Translations under genes and position numbers: made by a program
In this document: positions 23,756-36,385 of the stretch, one piece after another
Layout of the letters: every line of letters begins with the position of its first letter
Position numbering within the stretch: the stretch's first letter is position 1
Assembly (NCBI RefSeq): GCF_011745625.1
Contig: NW_027191500.1
Coordinates: 1-64,000 of the forward strand
Direction of reading: 5' to 3'
DNA: 64,000 nucleotides
DNA from: Cladosporium halotolerans
Lineage: Eukaryota
Notes under the pieces: generated by a model
Databases searched by the model: none
What the model saw: the letters and a program-made list of their open reading frames with translations, nothing else
Told to the model about the DNA's origin: nothing

Positions 23756-25351
23756 ATGACCGACAATGCGCAGCGAGCTCAAAGCAGCAACACCAACAGC
23801 AACCAGACGGCCCCCGATAAGATCAAAGATGAAGCACCTTCGAACATTGAGCCACCCAGTGAGCGGCCAGATCGATCCGATGTTGTCGCAAAAGAAGACT
23901 ACTCAGTCTTCACCGTCGGACAGAAGAGAGCAATTATCTTCGCAGGATCCTTTGCCGCATGGTTCTCGCCGATGACTGGAAGCATTTATTTCCCGGCCCT
24001 GGATGTCATTGCGAATGACCTGAATGTTTCCGACTCCAACATGAGCGTTACTGTCACAACGTACCTCATTATTCAAGGATTGGCCCCGATGATGATTGCT
24101 GGCTTTTCCGATACAGCTGGGCGTCGTCCGGCATATATCCTTTGCTTCGTCATATACATGATAGCCAATCTGGCTCTCGGTCTGCAGAACAACTACGTTG
24201 CTTTGCTCATCTTGCGAATGCTTCAGAGCGCCGGCAGCAGTGGGACGGTGGCTCTGGCAAGTGGATTGGTCGGAGACTTGGTTACCTCCTCTGAGAGAGG
24301 ACAGTACATCGCCTTCTCCTCGCTTGGATCTGTCTTGGGACCAACTTTATCTCCGGTCATTGGTGGTCTCATAAGTCAGTACCTCAACTGGCATTGGATT
24401 TTCTGGTTTCTCCTGATCATTTCGGGCGTCTTCAGCGTTCCGTTCTTCCTCTTCCACCCTGAGACAAGCCGAAAACTGGTCGGCGATGGGTCGATTCCAC
24501 CACCCTGGATGAGCTGGAACGTCTCCGATTACATCCGGCACAAAAACCGCGCAAAGCAAGGCCTAACCGTCGACGAAGAAGAACTGGCCAAGCACCACAA
24601 CAACTTCCGCATCAGCTTCCCCAACCCGTTGTCCACGCTCATCATGTTCAAGAACCTCGAAGCCTGCGCCGTCCTGCTCGCCACGGGCCTCGCCTTCGCC
24701 TGCTTCTACGCCATCTCGACCGGCGCCGCCTCCGTGCTCTCCGAAGTCTACGGCTACGACGAGGTCCACATCGGCCTCGTCTTCCTCGCCATCGGCGGCG
24801 GCAGCATCATCTCCGCCTTCACGACGGGCAAGCTCGTCGACTGGAACTACGCGCGCCACGCGCGCCGCCTGGGCTTCCCAATCCAGAAGAACCGCAACAC
24901 CGACCTGTCCGATTTCCCCATCGAGCGCGCGCGCTGCGAGATCGCGCTGCCGTGCTTCGCGCTCGGCGTGCTGACCGTCATCGCGTACGGGTGGATGATG
25001 GAGTCGCGGGTCTCGATCGCGGGGCCCGTCGTGATCCTGTTCCTCATGGGCTACGCGCTCATCGCCGGCTTTCAGGTGCTGAACGTGCTCATGGTCGACA
25101 TCTACCCTACGCAAGCGACGTCCGCGACGGCCGCGTCGAACGTCGTCCGCTGTCTGCTGGGCGCTGCGGCGTCGGCGGCGATCATTCCTATGAGCGACGC
25201 TATGGGCAATGGCTGGGCTTATACGCTTCTGGCTATACTGTTTGCGATTTCCTGCCTTGGCCTCGTGGTCTTCATGAAATCCGGCGTGCAGTGGAGGAGA
25301 GCTAGGGAGGCCAGGCTCGAGGCTAGGAAGGCGCGTAAAGCAGAGACATAG
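23756..25351 (+). CDS. MFS drug:H+ antiporter (DHA1, Qdr-like)
   Basis: YSVFT..QK, SDTAGRRPAY, LRMLQSAGSSGT, WHWIFWFL, FPIERAR motifs; about 12 TM helices; intronless. Confidence 0.9.
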   Translation: MTDNAQRAQSSNTNSNQTAPDKIKDEAPSNIEPPSERPDRSDVVAKEDYSVFTVGQKRAIIFAGSFAAWFSPMTGSIYFPALDVIANDLNVSDSNMSVTVTTYLIIQGLAPMMIAGFSDTAGRRPAYILCFVIYMIANLALGLQNNYVALLILRMLQSAGSSGTVALASGLVGDLVTSSERGQYIAFSSLGSVLGPTLSPVIGGLISQYLNWHWIFWFLLIISGVFSVPFFLFHPETSRKLVGDGSIPPPWMSWNVSDYIRHKNRAKQGLTVDEEELAKHHNNFRISFPNPLSTLIMFKNLEACAVLLATGLAFACFYAISTGAASVLSEVYGYDEVHIGLVFLAIGGGSIISAFTTGKLVDWNYARHARRLGFPIQKNRNTDLSDFPIERARCEIALPCFALGVLTVIAYGWMMESRVSIAGPVVILFLMGYALIAGFQVLNVLMVDIYPTQATSATAASNVVRCLLGAAASAAIIPMSDAMGNGWAYTLLAILFAISCLGLVVFMKSGVQWRRAREARLEARKARKAET

Positions 25352-26715
25352 ATCCACGTACAATAATTCATTCGTCAGTTACCATATCACGCACTCACTT
25401 CTCTCATCAGAGAACCCCCAGATCCCACCCGGAACGAAGTCGCCCCGTCGGACGAATCCTACCCGGTCCCCTCCCACAGATAGACTTCCCACCGGCCGGT
25501 ATTCGATATATTACAGTTAAACCTTTCGCAAGCCATCCCTTCTCGATGTCTCGAACTCAGAAGCGCAGCCAGGGCCCGCCCCGGGGCTGCGGAGAGTTCC
25601 AGATTGTCGAAAAGGCTATCCCGCGAAGCCGCCAATGGAGGCTAGGTGTGCCTGGCGGGGCCCCTGGCCGTCCTACCTGATGCGATCGCTAAACGACGTG
25701 TCCAATGACGTCTTCGCGTGCTGTTTGTGGTCGACTGCTCGTGCTGGAGACACGTTTTCGTAGCTGCTCATCAGACGTCTCTCCCGAAGTCTACAGTTGA
25801 TGGAATCACGGCAGTTGCATTCACGGACGCCGCAGTTGACGATCGAGCCTCCGCGCTCCCAAGCTTCCCAAATGCAAGCCTACCCCTCAGGCTTCCAACA
25901 ACTCCCGGCCTCGCGTCGTCTGCCAAATCTCGGTACGCCAATGCAGTGCCTGCAGCGACTCGGGAATCTACGTGCGTGGAGACTCCGCTGGCTGGACTGT
26001 GCCATAGGGTGATCGCCTGGCTCTCAACGTAAATTCATCACTTGGGAGTTTTGCTTTGTGGTTCCCGCGTGCAAGCTGTGCTGTGCAATGGCTCGAACGG
26101 GCGGTAGGTCTGTCGACAGGTGCCTTTCTAGTGCACTTGCCGGTTCGGTTGGAAGCGTGTTTCTGTTTCCCGCCGGCCGGCAGTTCAGACGACGACGATA
26201 TCACATTATTGGACTACTATGCAGTACTGGACTGTGAACAGCACAGCTTGCCCGTCACTAACTTGGCGAATGATGAGAGAACACCAAGATACGCCCACAG
26301 ACATCCCACGCCCACGCCCACGCGCGCCCGCCCACACTCCCCTCCGCAGCAAACACCGCAGCGCGAACGCACACACACGCACACAGACAGAGGCAAAACG
26401 TGGGCTGCTGCGCCGCGCTGCGCTGGAAGTGGCACCCGAAGGAGCCGAGCCGGGAGTCGGCGTTTGCGTTCTCTTGCGTCTGCGTCTGGCAACGCGCGCG
26501 TACGCGAGTAGGTACCTAGTGTCAGAACACGGCGAGAGACAGCAAGCAGCTTGGCGCAGACACGGAATCACGTACGGTACATACATAGTCCGGGCAAGGA
26601 AAGTTGAGTCTCCTTCGCTTCGCGCCGCGAGCTGCGCTGCGCTGCAGCCTGCAGGGCACACAGCTGGCATGTCCCGGCCGTGGGGTCAGAGTCGTGGTTA
26701 GTGAGCGCGTAGTGT

Positions 26716-26752
26716 ACCTTACCTTGCCTTGCCTTGCCTTGCCCTGCCCTGC
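26716..26752 (+). repeat. (CCTTR)n / CCCTG pentanucleotide microsatellite
   Basis: ccttaccttgccttgccttgccttgccctgcccctg. Confidence 0.7.
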
Positions 26753-29700
26753 AATGCCACGCGCGCGCGTCCTTTGCCCGGAGCTAGCGAGCTGCGAGCA
26801 GGAGGGTCCCAGGCGCGTGGGACTTGGGACTGGAGGGTCGGCGTCGCTGGCGGTGGTTGTCGGGCGTAGGGCATGGGGTTGCTTAGCCTGGCTTGTAGGC
26901 GGCGCTAGAGCGCGGCGGCGGGCGTGTCTCTTGCATTGGAGAGCGTCTTCGCGTGACGGCTGGCTGCGCTGCAGAGGTGTGCGAACGGTGGGTGGTGGCA
27001 CGGGGAGCGGCGTGGTGGCACGCTGCGAGCGTGCAGAATGCGAGCGTGGGCAGCGCTGGCCGTCGGGCCACGACAGGAGCAGGAAGGAGGGGAGTGTTTC
27101 TGCCACGAAAGCGTGCAGGCGAGAGCGCGTGGATGGGGGATCGCAGATTGCGGTCCCACGTGTCGATCGTCCCACATGGCGCGGCGGTGGGTAGTGATAC
27201 TACTGAGAGTGGTGGTTGGTGGTTGGCGGTGGGAGTGGTGTCGTGCGATCGATAGTCGTGTGGGTCGCGAGCCAGCTTTTGATTCAGGAGAGGCAGGTGG
27301 TGGTCGACCTGCTTTAGCGAGAGAAGATCGGGGCTCGACAGAAGCGTCGATTGTCGTGCAGCCCTGTGAGGGCATTTGAAATTGTTGCAATTCGAGGTCG
27401 GAGTTGGCGCCCGATGAGGCGGGAGGTTACCCTGTCATTCGTTGACCTCGGACAGGCCGCATGTGCGATCCATCGTGGCCAAGCGGTTGTTGGTCGGCGT
27501 ACTTTAGCCATCTAGATACCGCGCGGGCCGTGGGCACTACTCGCTCGCAGACTACCAGCATTTGGACATCTCGCCGCCCCAGTCAATGTGCTGAGTATCG
27601 AGGCGTCGCTAGCCTACGGCACCGTCTCTCCGAGTACGCGACCCTGCACTGCGAGCTGCAGACGGTCGAGACAAGAGTGCTATATGTCGAACAACTGCAC
27701 AGCTGTTGAATGCCGGCAGCCGCATTGACAGCAGCTATACCTTAGGCAAACGCCACGCAGCGCCAGGAAACAACACACCCGCGGCGAGGCGCACACGGGA
27801 GCGCGCCTCGACGATGGGAGGCAGGCCTGCTGGCGGGGAAGCACGGGAGTTGTGAAATGCCAGGCAGATCGCGGCGTCTAATTGGCGCGGAAGGCTCTCC
27901 CCGGATGTGTGGATTTTGGATGATTATTCGCACAGAACTTACCGTATACCGCGACATGTACAGTCCCTGGGCGCTTCACGGTGCTCACGTACATACATGC
28001 CACATATATAGGGAAGCGAGTGCATGAGGCCGGCACTCCCCCAGCTGCTGCTTCGGCCCAGACAGTCGCGAGGTGCGCCGGATCACACATTGGCGCGCTG
28101 CTGGCGGGCAGGCTGATACAACGCAAAGCGCATGTGTGCGTGCCTTGGGCGGCGAGCGATGGGACGATGAGACGTGCGCGCTGCAACCCGAGCAGAGGCA
28201 CGGCGGGCACAGCAGGGCGAGAGGCGCGTGCTGCAGGCCGACCAAAGCACACGCAGACTCCGGGCGGCGGTGCCCGCCAGCGCCATGCCGCCGGCCCAAG
28301 CAAGCCAGCAATGTGGAGCCGTGAAGGGGTCCCTTTTCACAGAATAATAACATTGGGGAATGGCAGTCGAGACTATGAGACTACTGGCAGGCTGCCGGGC
28401 TGGCCACCCTGCCCTACTCCTCTGGAGCGCGCGGCCGCTAGCCTCGAGCCTCTGTGCTTCTCTGCCTGACCCGGCCAGCCTTGCTTGCGTGTGTTAGAGT
28501 TCGCCGCTACGGGCGGATGCGCTCGCCCACGGCTGCTACATCGAACAATATCATGCGACCTGTCAATAACAGCGAGCACGGCGCCGGCGACGCGGTCTAC
28601 ACACGTAAGGCATGCAGCGCCGGCCGGCGACAACTCGGACGTCGGGCGAGGGCGAGCGCTGGTGAGGTGATCAGATCAGGCACGTCCGCATGTGCAAAGT
28701 CCAGCACGCAGGATTGATTGTTGCGGTGCACACGGGCATCCAGACACGCTGCACAGCAGCGCGGGCTCCGCACGGCACACCGGCGGGCCAGCAGACACAC
28801 GCCGGCGCATGCGGTTGCACGTGGCTCGGCGGCGCGACCCCTGCCACGGCTCTGTGCGCGCCGGGCTCGAGGTTGGCGCGGCGGGCAGGACGAGACGGCG
28901 ACGACGGGTGGATGTGGGTGTGAGGGTGGATGTGCTGTACTGTAGATGGTCGATGCGCACCTGGACGTGGATGGCGGACGGACGGCGCAGGGTGCTTGCA
29001 CGCACGCCCTTCTCGGCGGGCAGGATGGCACTGGGGCACTATGTACCTTACTGGAGGCTCGGACGGTCGCCGGCTCGGTAGCGACAGCGGTGTTGCCATG
29101 TTGGCGTGGGTGCGGGTGTGCGCTGCCGTGCTGCGAGGCCTGCGCGCTGCTCAGTAGTGCTGGCCGGCTGCGCGGTGGGCTCCAAGGGCTCCCACGCCCT
29201 GCCGAAGCGGAGACCGGCCAGGCGCTGAGAACGGTGCCGCATATGCATGTGCCATGCTGAAAAAATTACTACAGCCCGCCGTCGCCCCGTCCGCCGCCGT
29301 CCTGTGTCCTGTCCTGTCCTATCCTGTGTCCAACGCCTGCAACAAGACCGCCAGCATCGCCTGCTGCCGTCTGCGCCACGCCACTCTCGTCTCTCCTGCT
29401 CTCTCGCGACCCGCGCCTCCGCGCCCCTCCGCCGTATATCACACCTCCCGTCTGCTCTCCGCCCGCCCCGCCCACCTCTGCTGCCCTCTCCGTCCTATAG
29501 CTGAACCCTGAGCGCACCTTATACCCCCTCCAGCGCCCGCGCCCCCCAATCGCTCCAAAGCTACACCATCGGACGGCACCCCAACGGCGGCCCTCCCGGC
29601 ACTCAATCCAGTCCACCGCCGCACTTCGCAGGCGGCGCATCGCTAGGTTGTCCTTTGCCGATCGCGTGCGGTATCCGCCAGAACCCTCTGTTCCCGGTCT

Positions 29701-30106
29701 AGTCCCGAAAGCACATGGTCGCGAGCTTCTACTCTGCACCTCACATCGGTCCTCTCTCACGTCCTCTGCTTACTCCAACGCAAGCTTCGGTTGGATCTCT
29801 GTCCCTATCACCCCTCCTTCCTACGCCTGTGTGGGGTGCGCCCGTTGCCACGTCCCCTCCTCGCGCCTGACATCGAGACAAATTCCCGCTTTTTAGCCAG
29901 ACAAACGGCCCGCAGGACTCGCCCGTTGGTCAGGGACCTCGCCCTCCGGGACCACCACCACCCGTGCCACCACGCCCGCAGAGCGACGACAGAACTGTCA
30001 CCCGGGCCCAGGGACACTTGCTCGTTCACCTCACATACTCTGAGACGTGGTACTGCCGCCAGCCCGACCGCCCGCGCGCACTAACGCCGAACACGACTTG
30101 CCCATC

Positions 30107-30912
30107 ATGTCGCACGGAAAGATGACGCTCTACAAGCTGGTGGTGCTAGGAGACGGCGGTGTTGGCAAGACCGCACTCACCATCCAAGTAAGCTCTTCCG
30201 GCGTGATTCATGCAAGTGAAACCCCTCTAATACATCCTAGCTCTGCCTGAACCACTTCGTCGAGACCTACGACCCCACCATCGAGGACTCCTACCGCAAA
30301 CAGGTCGTCATTGACCAGCAGTCGTGCATGCTCGAGGTCCTCGACACAGCAGGTCAGGAAGAATACACAGCGCTGAGAGACCAATGGATACGAGACGGCG
30401 AGGGATTCGTGCTGGTGTACAGCATTTCTTCACGAGCGTCTTTCGCCCGTATTGAGAAGTTCCACCACCAAATCCAGCGAGTCAAAGAGTCCGCCGGCGC
30501 TGGCTCGCCCACCTACCCTGGATCACCGCTCTCGCAGACCATGAACGCCTCTTTCGGCCCGGCTCCGGTCATGCTCGTGGGTAACAAGTGCGATCGCGTG
30601 ACGGAAAGAGAAGTCTCCACACAGGAAGGCAGCGCTCTCGCGAAGCAGCTCAACTGCGAGTTCGTCGAGGCGTCGGCCAAGAATTGCATCAACGTTGAGA
30701 CGGCTTTCTTCAACGTCGTGCGACAGTTGCGCAAACAGCGAGCCAGCGCGCCGCCTCCCCGCGACTCCAAGGGATACAACTCCGGCGCGGGCAAGGGCAG
30801 CCGTCCACCGCGCGACGCGTACTACGACAACGACCGCAAGGAAGAGCACCGCTACCGCAGGCCGCGGAAGCACCGAAGTGAGCGCGGTGGCTCCAAGTGC
30901 GTCGTCCTGTGA
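30107..30912 (+). CDS. RAS2: Ras-family GTPase, Ras2/RasB type; 2 exons
   Basis: YKLVVLGDGGVGKTALTIQ|LCLNHFVETYDPTIEDSY, DTAGQEEY, NKCD, EASAK, C-terminal CAAX CVVL. Intron 30188-30240. Confidence 0.93.
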
Positions 30913-31649
30913 TTCCGGCCCTCGCGTTCGCGAATGCACGCCAAAAGAGAAAAAATCAATCAAGGCTTCCGGCCCGGTCGAAGCGGTCACGGACTTCACT
31001 TTTGGGTTTTCCCACTCGGATGTCTTGTCCTGTCCAGTCGGCACTGCGATCGCCGGCCACGACCGCGACGGCCCTAACGCCGCAATCGCAGTCCCATGGC
31101 GAAACGCTCAATAATCCCCCACAATCTCGAGTTGCTGCCCAACCCGCGAATTTCCCTCGGACCTCCCCCGACCCCGACCGCCTCGCCGCATGGCGCCCGC
31201 CGACTACACCCCGTGCGCTGCGCGGCATGCCGCTTCCGGAATCACGGTCGAAGGGCCCGACACCGTGGCTCGAGCAGGGCGAATGAGACCAAAAGACCGG
31301 ACGGACTTCTCGAACACCCCCCCAATGAAGGCTCCACACGCCGCCGCCGCCGCGCACAAACGCATGTGGAGTGCAGCGCGCCACGCGGCGTCGTGCAGTG
31401 GAAAAGTCCCTCACTGGATGGGCACTGGTACACACGCACCCCGGCCTTCCACCACCCCGGCCAGGAACAATCTGCAGCAGCAGCAACAGCCGCTCGGAAT
31501 CGCCGACCGCACCGCACCTCCCGCCCTGCCCTGCCCTTGCTCACCCCGAGGAGGCGGCGCCAACGCCAGATTCGCTCCCGCGCGCCAGTTCGCTTGCCGG
31601 GAAAGATGCTGGACGGATTCTTCCCCCAATCCTCCCTCTTCTCCGCTCC

Positions 31650-31680
<31 letters not shown>

Positions 31681-31681
31681 C
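31650..31681 (+). repeat. (ATCA)n tetranucleotide microsatellite
   Basis: About 8 tandem atca units. Confidence 0.85.
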
Positions 31682-31831
31682 ACCCACCCACCATTCAACC
31701 AACCGACCGAAAAAACCCCCCTCTCTCTCCCTACGCTCTGGCCGCCCGCACGCCGCAGCTCAGCAGAAGCCTCCAATTAGCCTGATGGCCCGGAATTCCC
31801 GCGCGCCCACCGCCCCGGCACAATCCTTTTC

Positions 31832-31860
31832 CCCAGTCCCAGTCCCAGTCCCAGTCCCAG
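31832..31860 (+). repeat. (CCCAGT)n hexanucleotide microsatellite
   Basis: About 5 tandem cccagt units. Confidence 0.85.
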
Positions 31861-33561
31861 CCCGCGCACGCGAGCGGCGCGTGGCAGCCAGAGCCGGGGG
31901 GGACTCTCTTAGCGAGATTGGCGCGGTATCGGCCGGCCGCCCACCGGGACCCTGCGACTTCGCGAGCTGTGGAGAAGACGCGCCGCATGGAGCGTCGGTC
32001 ATGTGACTCCTCTCGCTTTACTTTCCGGTCTCGGCGCACGCGAGTCGAGCGTCGCGTCTTATCGGGTGAAACTGAGCCGATGGATGGGATGGGAGGGCGT
32101 TGCTCGCTTCGCGGGCGTCCTTGGTCTGAGCGCTGGAGGAAGGAGGGGAGGATTCGCTCCCCTGCTCTGTCGGTCTGTCGAGCCTGGACCAGCCGTTGGA
32201 TTGGCTTTGGAGAGCTCGTGCCAAGCTCAGGCCGCCGGTCGGGTCGGAGGCACGTGTTTTTATGTTTTTTGGCAAGGCACGAGGGAGCCGAGCCGGATGG
32301 GAGGGCTCCTTCGGGCCTGCCGGGGCCGGTACCGCTGCCGCTGTTGCTGTTGCTTTCGGGAGCTCGTCGGCGGCTTGGGGGGGTGTGTGTGAGGATAGAT
32401 TGGTTTTTTGGGGGGTTAAGGTTGAGAGGTACAGGGCGGGATTGATGATTGATAACGATCGCTTTGGGGGGAGAAGGTGTTCACCGCCTCTGCTCTGCTC
32501 TGCGGAGATGGAGAGAGGAAGGGCCGATTGGGCGGGTTGCCGCGTTGGGATGGAAAGTGGTGCTGGGAGGGGGCAATGAGATCGGAATGAGCGGGGTTTT
32601 TGTTAATGATTGGATATATGGTAACTATTCTACATACACGTATGAACATGAGCCTGGAGAAAAAGTCATGAAAGCATTCACGGTTGCCTGTCGAGGATGT
32701 TTGGAGCGGGTACAGAAAGCCAGTGATAATAAATAAGTGGCCAGTGTCTTCTCGCTTGTGAGCTTCTTTGCCGTGCTGGGTCTCTTTCAGGTCGCATGAT
32801 CTGAGCGGGACACGAATGCTATTGAATGGAGCTGTTGAGAGATATGCCGAGCCCGTTTCATGGCGGAGATGTCTGATGGCTGGCTTTTGGGTTGCTGGTG
32901 GAGGCCCGACGCGACCTACTGAGGCGGCGATGAAGAGGTAGCTCCGTCGGTCGAGTGGTGTTCAGTGGCCGGCCTTTCCAAGGAACAGTGGCATCAAGCT
33001 ATTGAGGACACGCATGACTGACCATAGACAAGTTTCACCGCCGGGAGAATATTCAAGCGTGAGCTCTCGAGCTTGTAAAGTCAACAAAAGAGCCTTCCCA
33101 CGATATTAACTTGGACTTGTCGACTTGATTGTGTCTGTATAGATGGTCGAAAATTACTAAATGATGCGAAAAAGATGATGAACTTTCCAATGCGATTCTC
33201 GCGCACAGATGTGCAATCCCAGAAGCATTCCTTTCCAATTTGGAGAGGCCAGCACCCAGGAGGGTGCTGTTCAGCCCCGATGTGCGCGGGATGTTCGACC
33301 CGGACCGGGGTCCGACGACCGAAGGTTCCCAGAATAAACCCAAAGTGCAGACCCGGATGCCGACGAAGACGGCCGCGGTAACGGTCGCAGAAACAAGAAG
33401 CAAAAAAACCAAAGAAGCCAGATGCAAACGCCCAAGAAGCGCCAACCTCGCTAAAACCTCGCAGCAAGAAAGGAAAGAAAGCAAAGCATGGGGGAAAAGC
33501 AAAGTGCCAAATCCGCAGCACGCAGCAGCGTGCATCCAGGTCAGGTCAATGGAGACCCATC

Positions 33562-33870
33562 TCACAACTCCCCCTCACTCCCACTCCTCCTCGCCTGCCT
33601 CCTGCCCCTGCGCAGCGCCTTCATCTCCATCTGCGCCGCCATGAGCTTGGCTTGCACCCAGGCGCGCTTCTGCTCGTTCAGCCGCACGGCGGGTCGGTTG
33701 AGGAGATCCGTCAGGTGCGGGATCGTGTCGGTGTTGATGACCGTGGGGAGCTCTTCTTCGTCGTCTGAAGGGGTTGGAGGTGGTGATTGTTCTGTGGAGC
33801 GCTGGTTTGGAGAGGCCGGGGAGGCGGTGGGTTGTGGGGTTGGGAGGGTTGTTGGTGGGAGGGCGGACAT
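33562..33870 (-). CDS. Small hypothetical protein (102 aa)
   Basis: ATG-initiated ORF with a Pro/Thr-rich N-terminus and a helical-looking C-terminus (EQKRAWVQAKLMAAQMEMKALRR). No family recognised. Confidence 0.4.
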   Translation of the reverse strand: MSALPPTTLPTPQPTASPASPNQRSTEQSPPPTPSDDEEELPTVINTDTIPHLTDLLNRPAVRLNEQKRAWVQAKLMAAQMEMKALRRGRRQARRSGSEGEL

Positions 33871-35069
33871 TGTTGGTCGTAGCAGTTGATTTGGGGGATT
33901 TGGTTTGGTTGTGGGTTGGGTTATATTGGTATTTGGTTGTGGTTGTAAATTTGATGTATCGGTTGTAGCTGCGGTTGAATTGAGTTTGGCGGCTTTAAGT
34001 GCTGATCTCAGGCGGTATGGCGAGATGGTATAGCGGCGTTGAGGAAGCGGCTGAGGCGATCATGGATGGGTGGAGCGGTGTTGTATTCAAGAGCTCACAG
34101 TGAGGTCTTCAATAAGGAGTTGAAGAGGGGAGAGGTACAATTGAAATCGTGTGATGGCAGCAGGTACGTACCAGGCGGCGTACTGCGACGAAAATATCTC
34201 GTCAAGGGGGTTCACGCGGTTAGGCGGGCGGTACCTTCGCAGCAGGATGATGAGCTTCTGCTGCTTCATCGCGATGTCACGCCGCACTAAGTTGAGATCG
34301 GCGCTTGGAGGGGGGCCCGTGCGGCGTCGAGACCACCGCAGGGCACCGCGGCCGCCCGCCGCCCACGTCCACATGCGGTAATTATAACTGGGGGCGTCCG
34401 CACGTTTGTGAAGACGTCGGGCTGCTTCGGGCGGGCGCTGGAGTCTGGACGGAAAGGCGGCTGAGCTACTCCATGGGTGGTAGCGACAGTTGCGTGAGAA
34501 TGTGGTATGGGTGATGCTTTGCGACTCACAATATTTCGCTGCTCTTGCGTGTTTCGCTGCAAGTTCTACCATGATCGTCTTCAGCGTCTCCGCACAAACT
34601 GCATCATATGTGTCGTCACAAACGCACCCCTGGTCAGAGGCCGCGACAGCTCGAGGAGACGGTCGGAAATTGACGGTCTGTTCTCGTCGGTGCGTTTCAG
34701 CTTTCCGCTCGCTGCAACGCGCGCCTGGATAACTTGCTGCACCTGCACCCACGGTTATCGTCCTCCTACCGTGTGGCCATCTCCGCTTCCGTAGGCCTGT
34801 GGCGCACACGTGCGAGTCTCCTATCGCAATTGGCCGATAACCCTCCTTCGATGAAAGGAGGCCGCTTCCAAACTTCCCCTTGGCAAAGTAGCTCGCATAT
34901 CGTCTGAAGACGCTCTCACGTGGCTTTGTCTGCACCGCCTTCACCTTGGTTACGAAACACTTGACCAAGGCATAGCACCCCGTGGCTGGCCTCGACGCAT
35001 CGCGAACCCCGCCCGGCGCCCAGCGGTGCCGTCCATTGAAGTCTGGCACCGCCCCCAGCGCGCCACCAC

Positions 35070-35932
35070 CTACCCCTCCACTGCCGCGTCCGCAACCTTC
35101 AACATGCCAAATTCCTCGCTGACCTGCGCCACCGTCTTGCGACTCTCCCAAAATTGCTTTCCGTAACTGATCAGAATCTCCTCGCCCGCCTTGACGCCCT
35201 GCTTGCGCTTCCCCGCCTTGCCCGCCGACAGCACGAAGATGCCCACGCGCCGCTCCCACTTCGTCCCGCCCGCGCGCTTCGCACACGGCACCTTCACAAA
35301 GCAGTCGCGGAACTCCGCGTTCGGCCTCTCCGCTATCCCGCGGTAGTCATTCGCGCACCGCGACTGGTTGCCCGACCGGGACGCGTCGACGCTCAGGTCG
35401 ATCTCGCGGTCGAAGCACAGGTCGTAGTCGCTCGCCGGGTCGGTGTCGGAGGGGATGTTGCGGTGGATGTGGCCGAGGTAGAGGCATACGAAGCGGTCGG
35501 GCTCGAGGTCTTGCGCGGCGAAGAGGCCGCGTTGGCCGTGCGCGGGGTGTTTGGGGTCGGCGATGATGGTGATGGCGCAGGTTTTGGGCGTCGCGGCGAT
35601 TTGGGAGGCGGTGATTTTGCAGTTTGCGTCGAGCTCGCTGGCGAGGTGCCAGAGTAGGGCGCGTTGCTCTTCGGTTACTGCTTCGGACCAGGTGGGTTCT
35701 GTCTGAGTGTTAGGCGCTGGTAGTGGTATGGCGTGATGATTGGAGCGAACCGACCGGTAAGATATGTGATATCCTCTGGCCAGTTCTTTGGCAAGCCAGA
35801 GGCTTCCTCTTCTGGAACTGGTGGTTCATCCTGCCGCTTCTTCAACTCTTCCTCTCTCTTCTTTGCAGCTTCTTCTTGCTTCTTCTCCCATTCAATTTGC
35901 TTCTTGCTGATGTCTCTCTTCTTCGAAGGCAT
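35070..35932 (-). CDS. Small SET-domain methyltransferase (Set7-like), 2 exons
   Basis: Intron 35699-35754 joins ..KNWPEDITYLT-EPTWS.. to HPAHGQRGLFAAQDL..YLG..DYDL..VDAS.SGNQSRCANDYRGI.ERPNAEF..GEEILISYGKQFW. The middle part is absent from the ORF track and was translated by hand. Confidence 0.88.
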
Positions 35933-36385
35933 GGTGGAGACCGCTCAGCGCCTACTGTTCTAATAAGATGCTGAAATTTCAGACTCCAGCGCACAACGGA
36001 TTACAACTTCGAACGGCCTACTCATGCTCAAAGCGAAACGAACACGAAGATCGCAACGGAGCAGTCTGTATTAGGACGGCGTGTGATTGGGCTCCAGATC
36101 TCAGGTGGTGTCTTCGGAGTGCAGGCGAAACGCGGGGTCGAGGTTGCAGGCGTCTGCACGACCACAGCGGGGAATCCTTACGGCTTGCATTCATCGACAT
36201 CAATGCGCCCAAGGTAGACTCGGATCCTTAATTGCAGCTTTCTGGGCCATTTGGTGAGGTGCATTATGAATTATGGAATTTGACTTGGATCATCGCTTAA
36301 ACACTGCCGCTTGTAAAGATTCTTCCGCATCCAACCAGACGGTCGGAGACCCAGCGGATCGTCGTCCTTCGTCCTACTTCCGAAC

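Noticed and set aside
14346..25351. GMC oxidase plus transporters as a secondary-metabolite cluster
   Set aside because: No PKS, NRPS, terpene or other backbone gene; interleaved with housekeeping SUB1, PEX7 and RFT1.
31832..31860. (CCCAGT)n as an interstitial telomere
   Set aside because: Does not match the fungal CCCTAA repeat; treated as a simple microsatellite.
25700..32600. Dozens of overlapping 60-230 aa ORFs around Ras2
   Set aside because: Arg/Ala/Pro/Cys-rich in all six frames, as expected for GC-rich noncoding DNA; none is protein-like.
33250..33269. Perfect 8-bp hairpin CAGCACCC-AGGA-GGGTGCTG
   Set aside because: Isolated and expected by chance in 64 kb; no supporting context.
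34087..35286. 399-aa minus-strand ORF
   Set aside because: Begins out of frame inside the SET gene and has no recognisable domain; a short real gene in its 3' part cannot be excluded.
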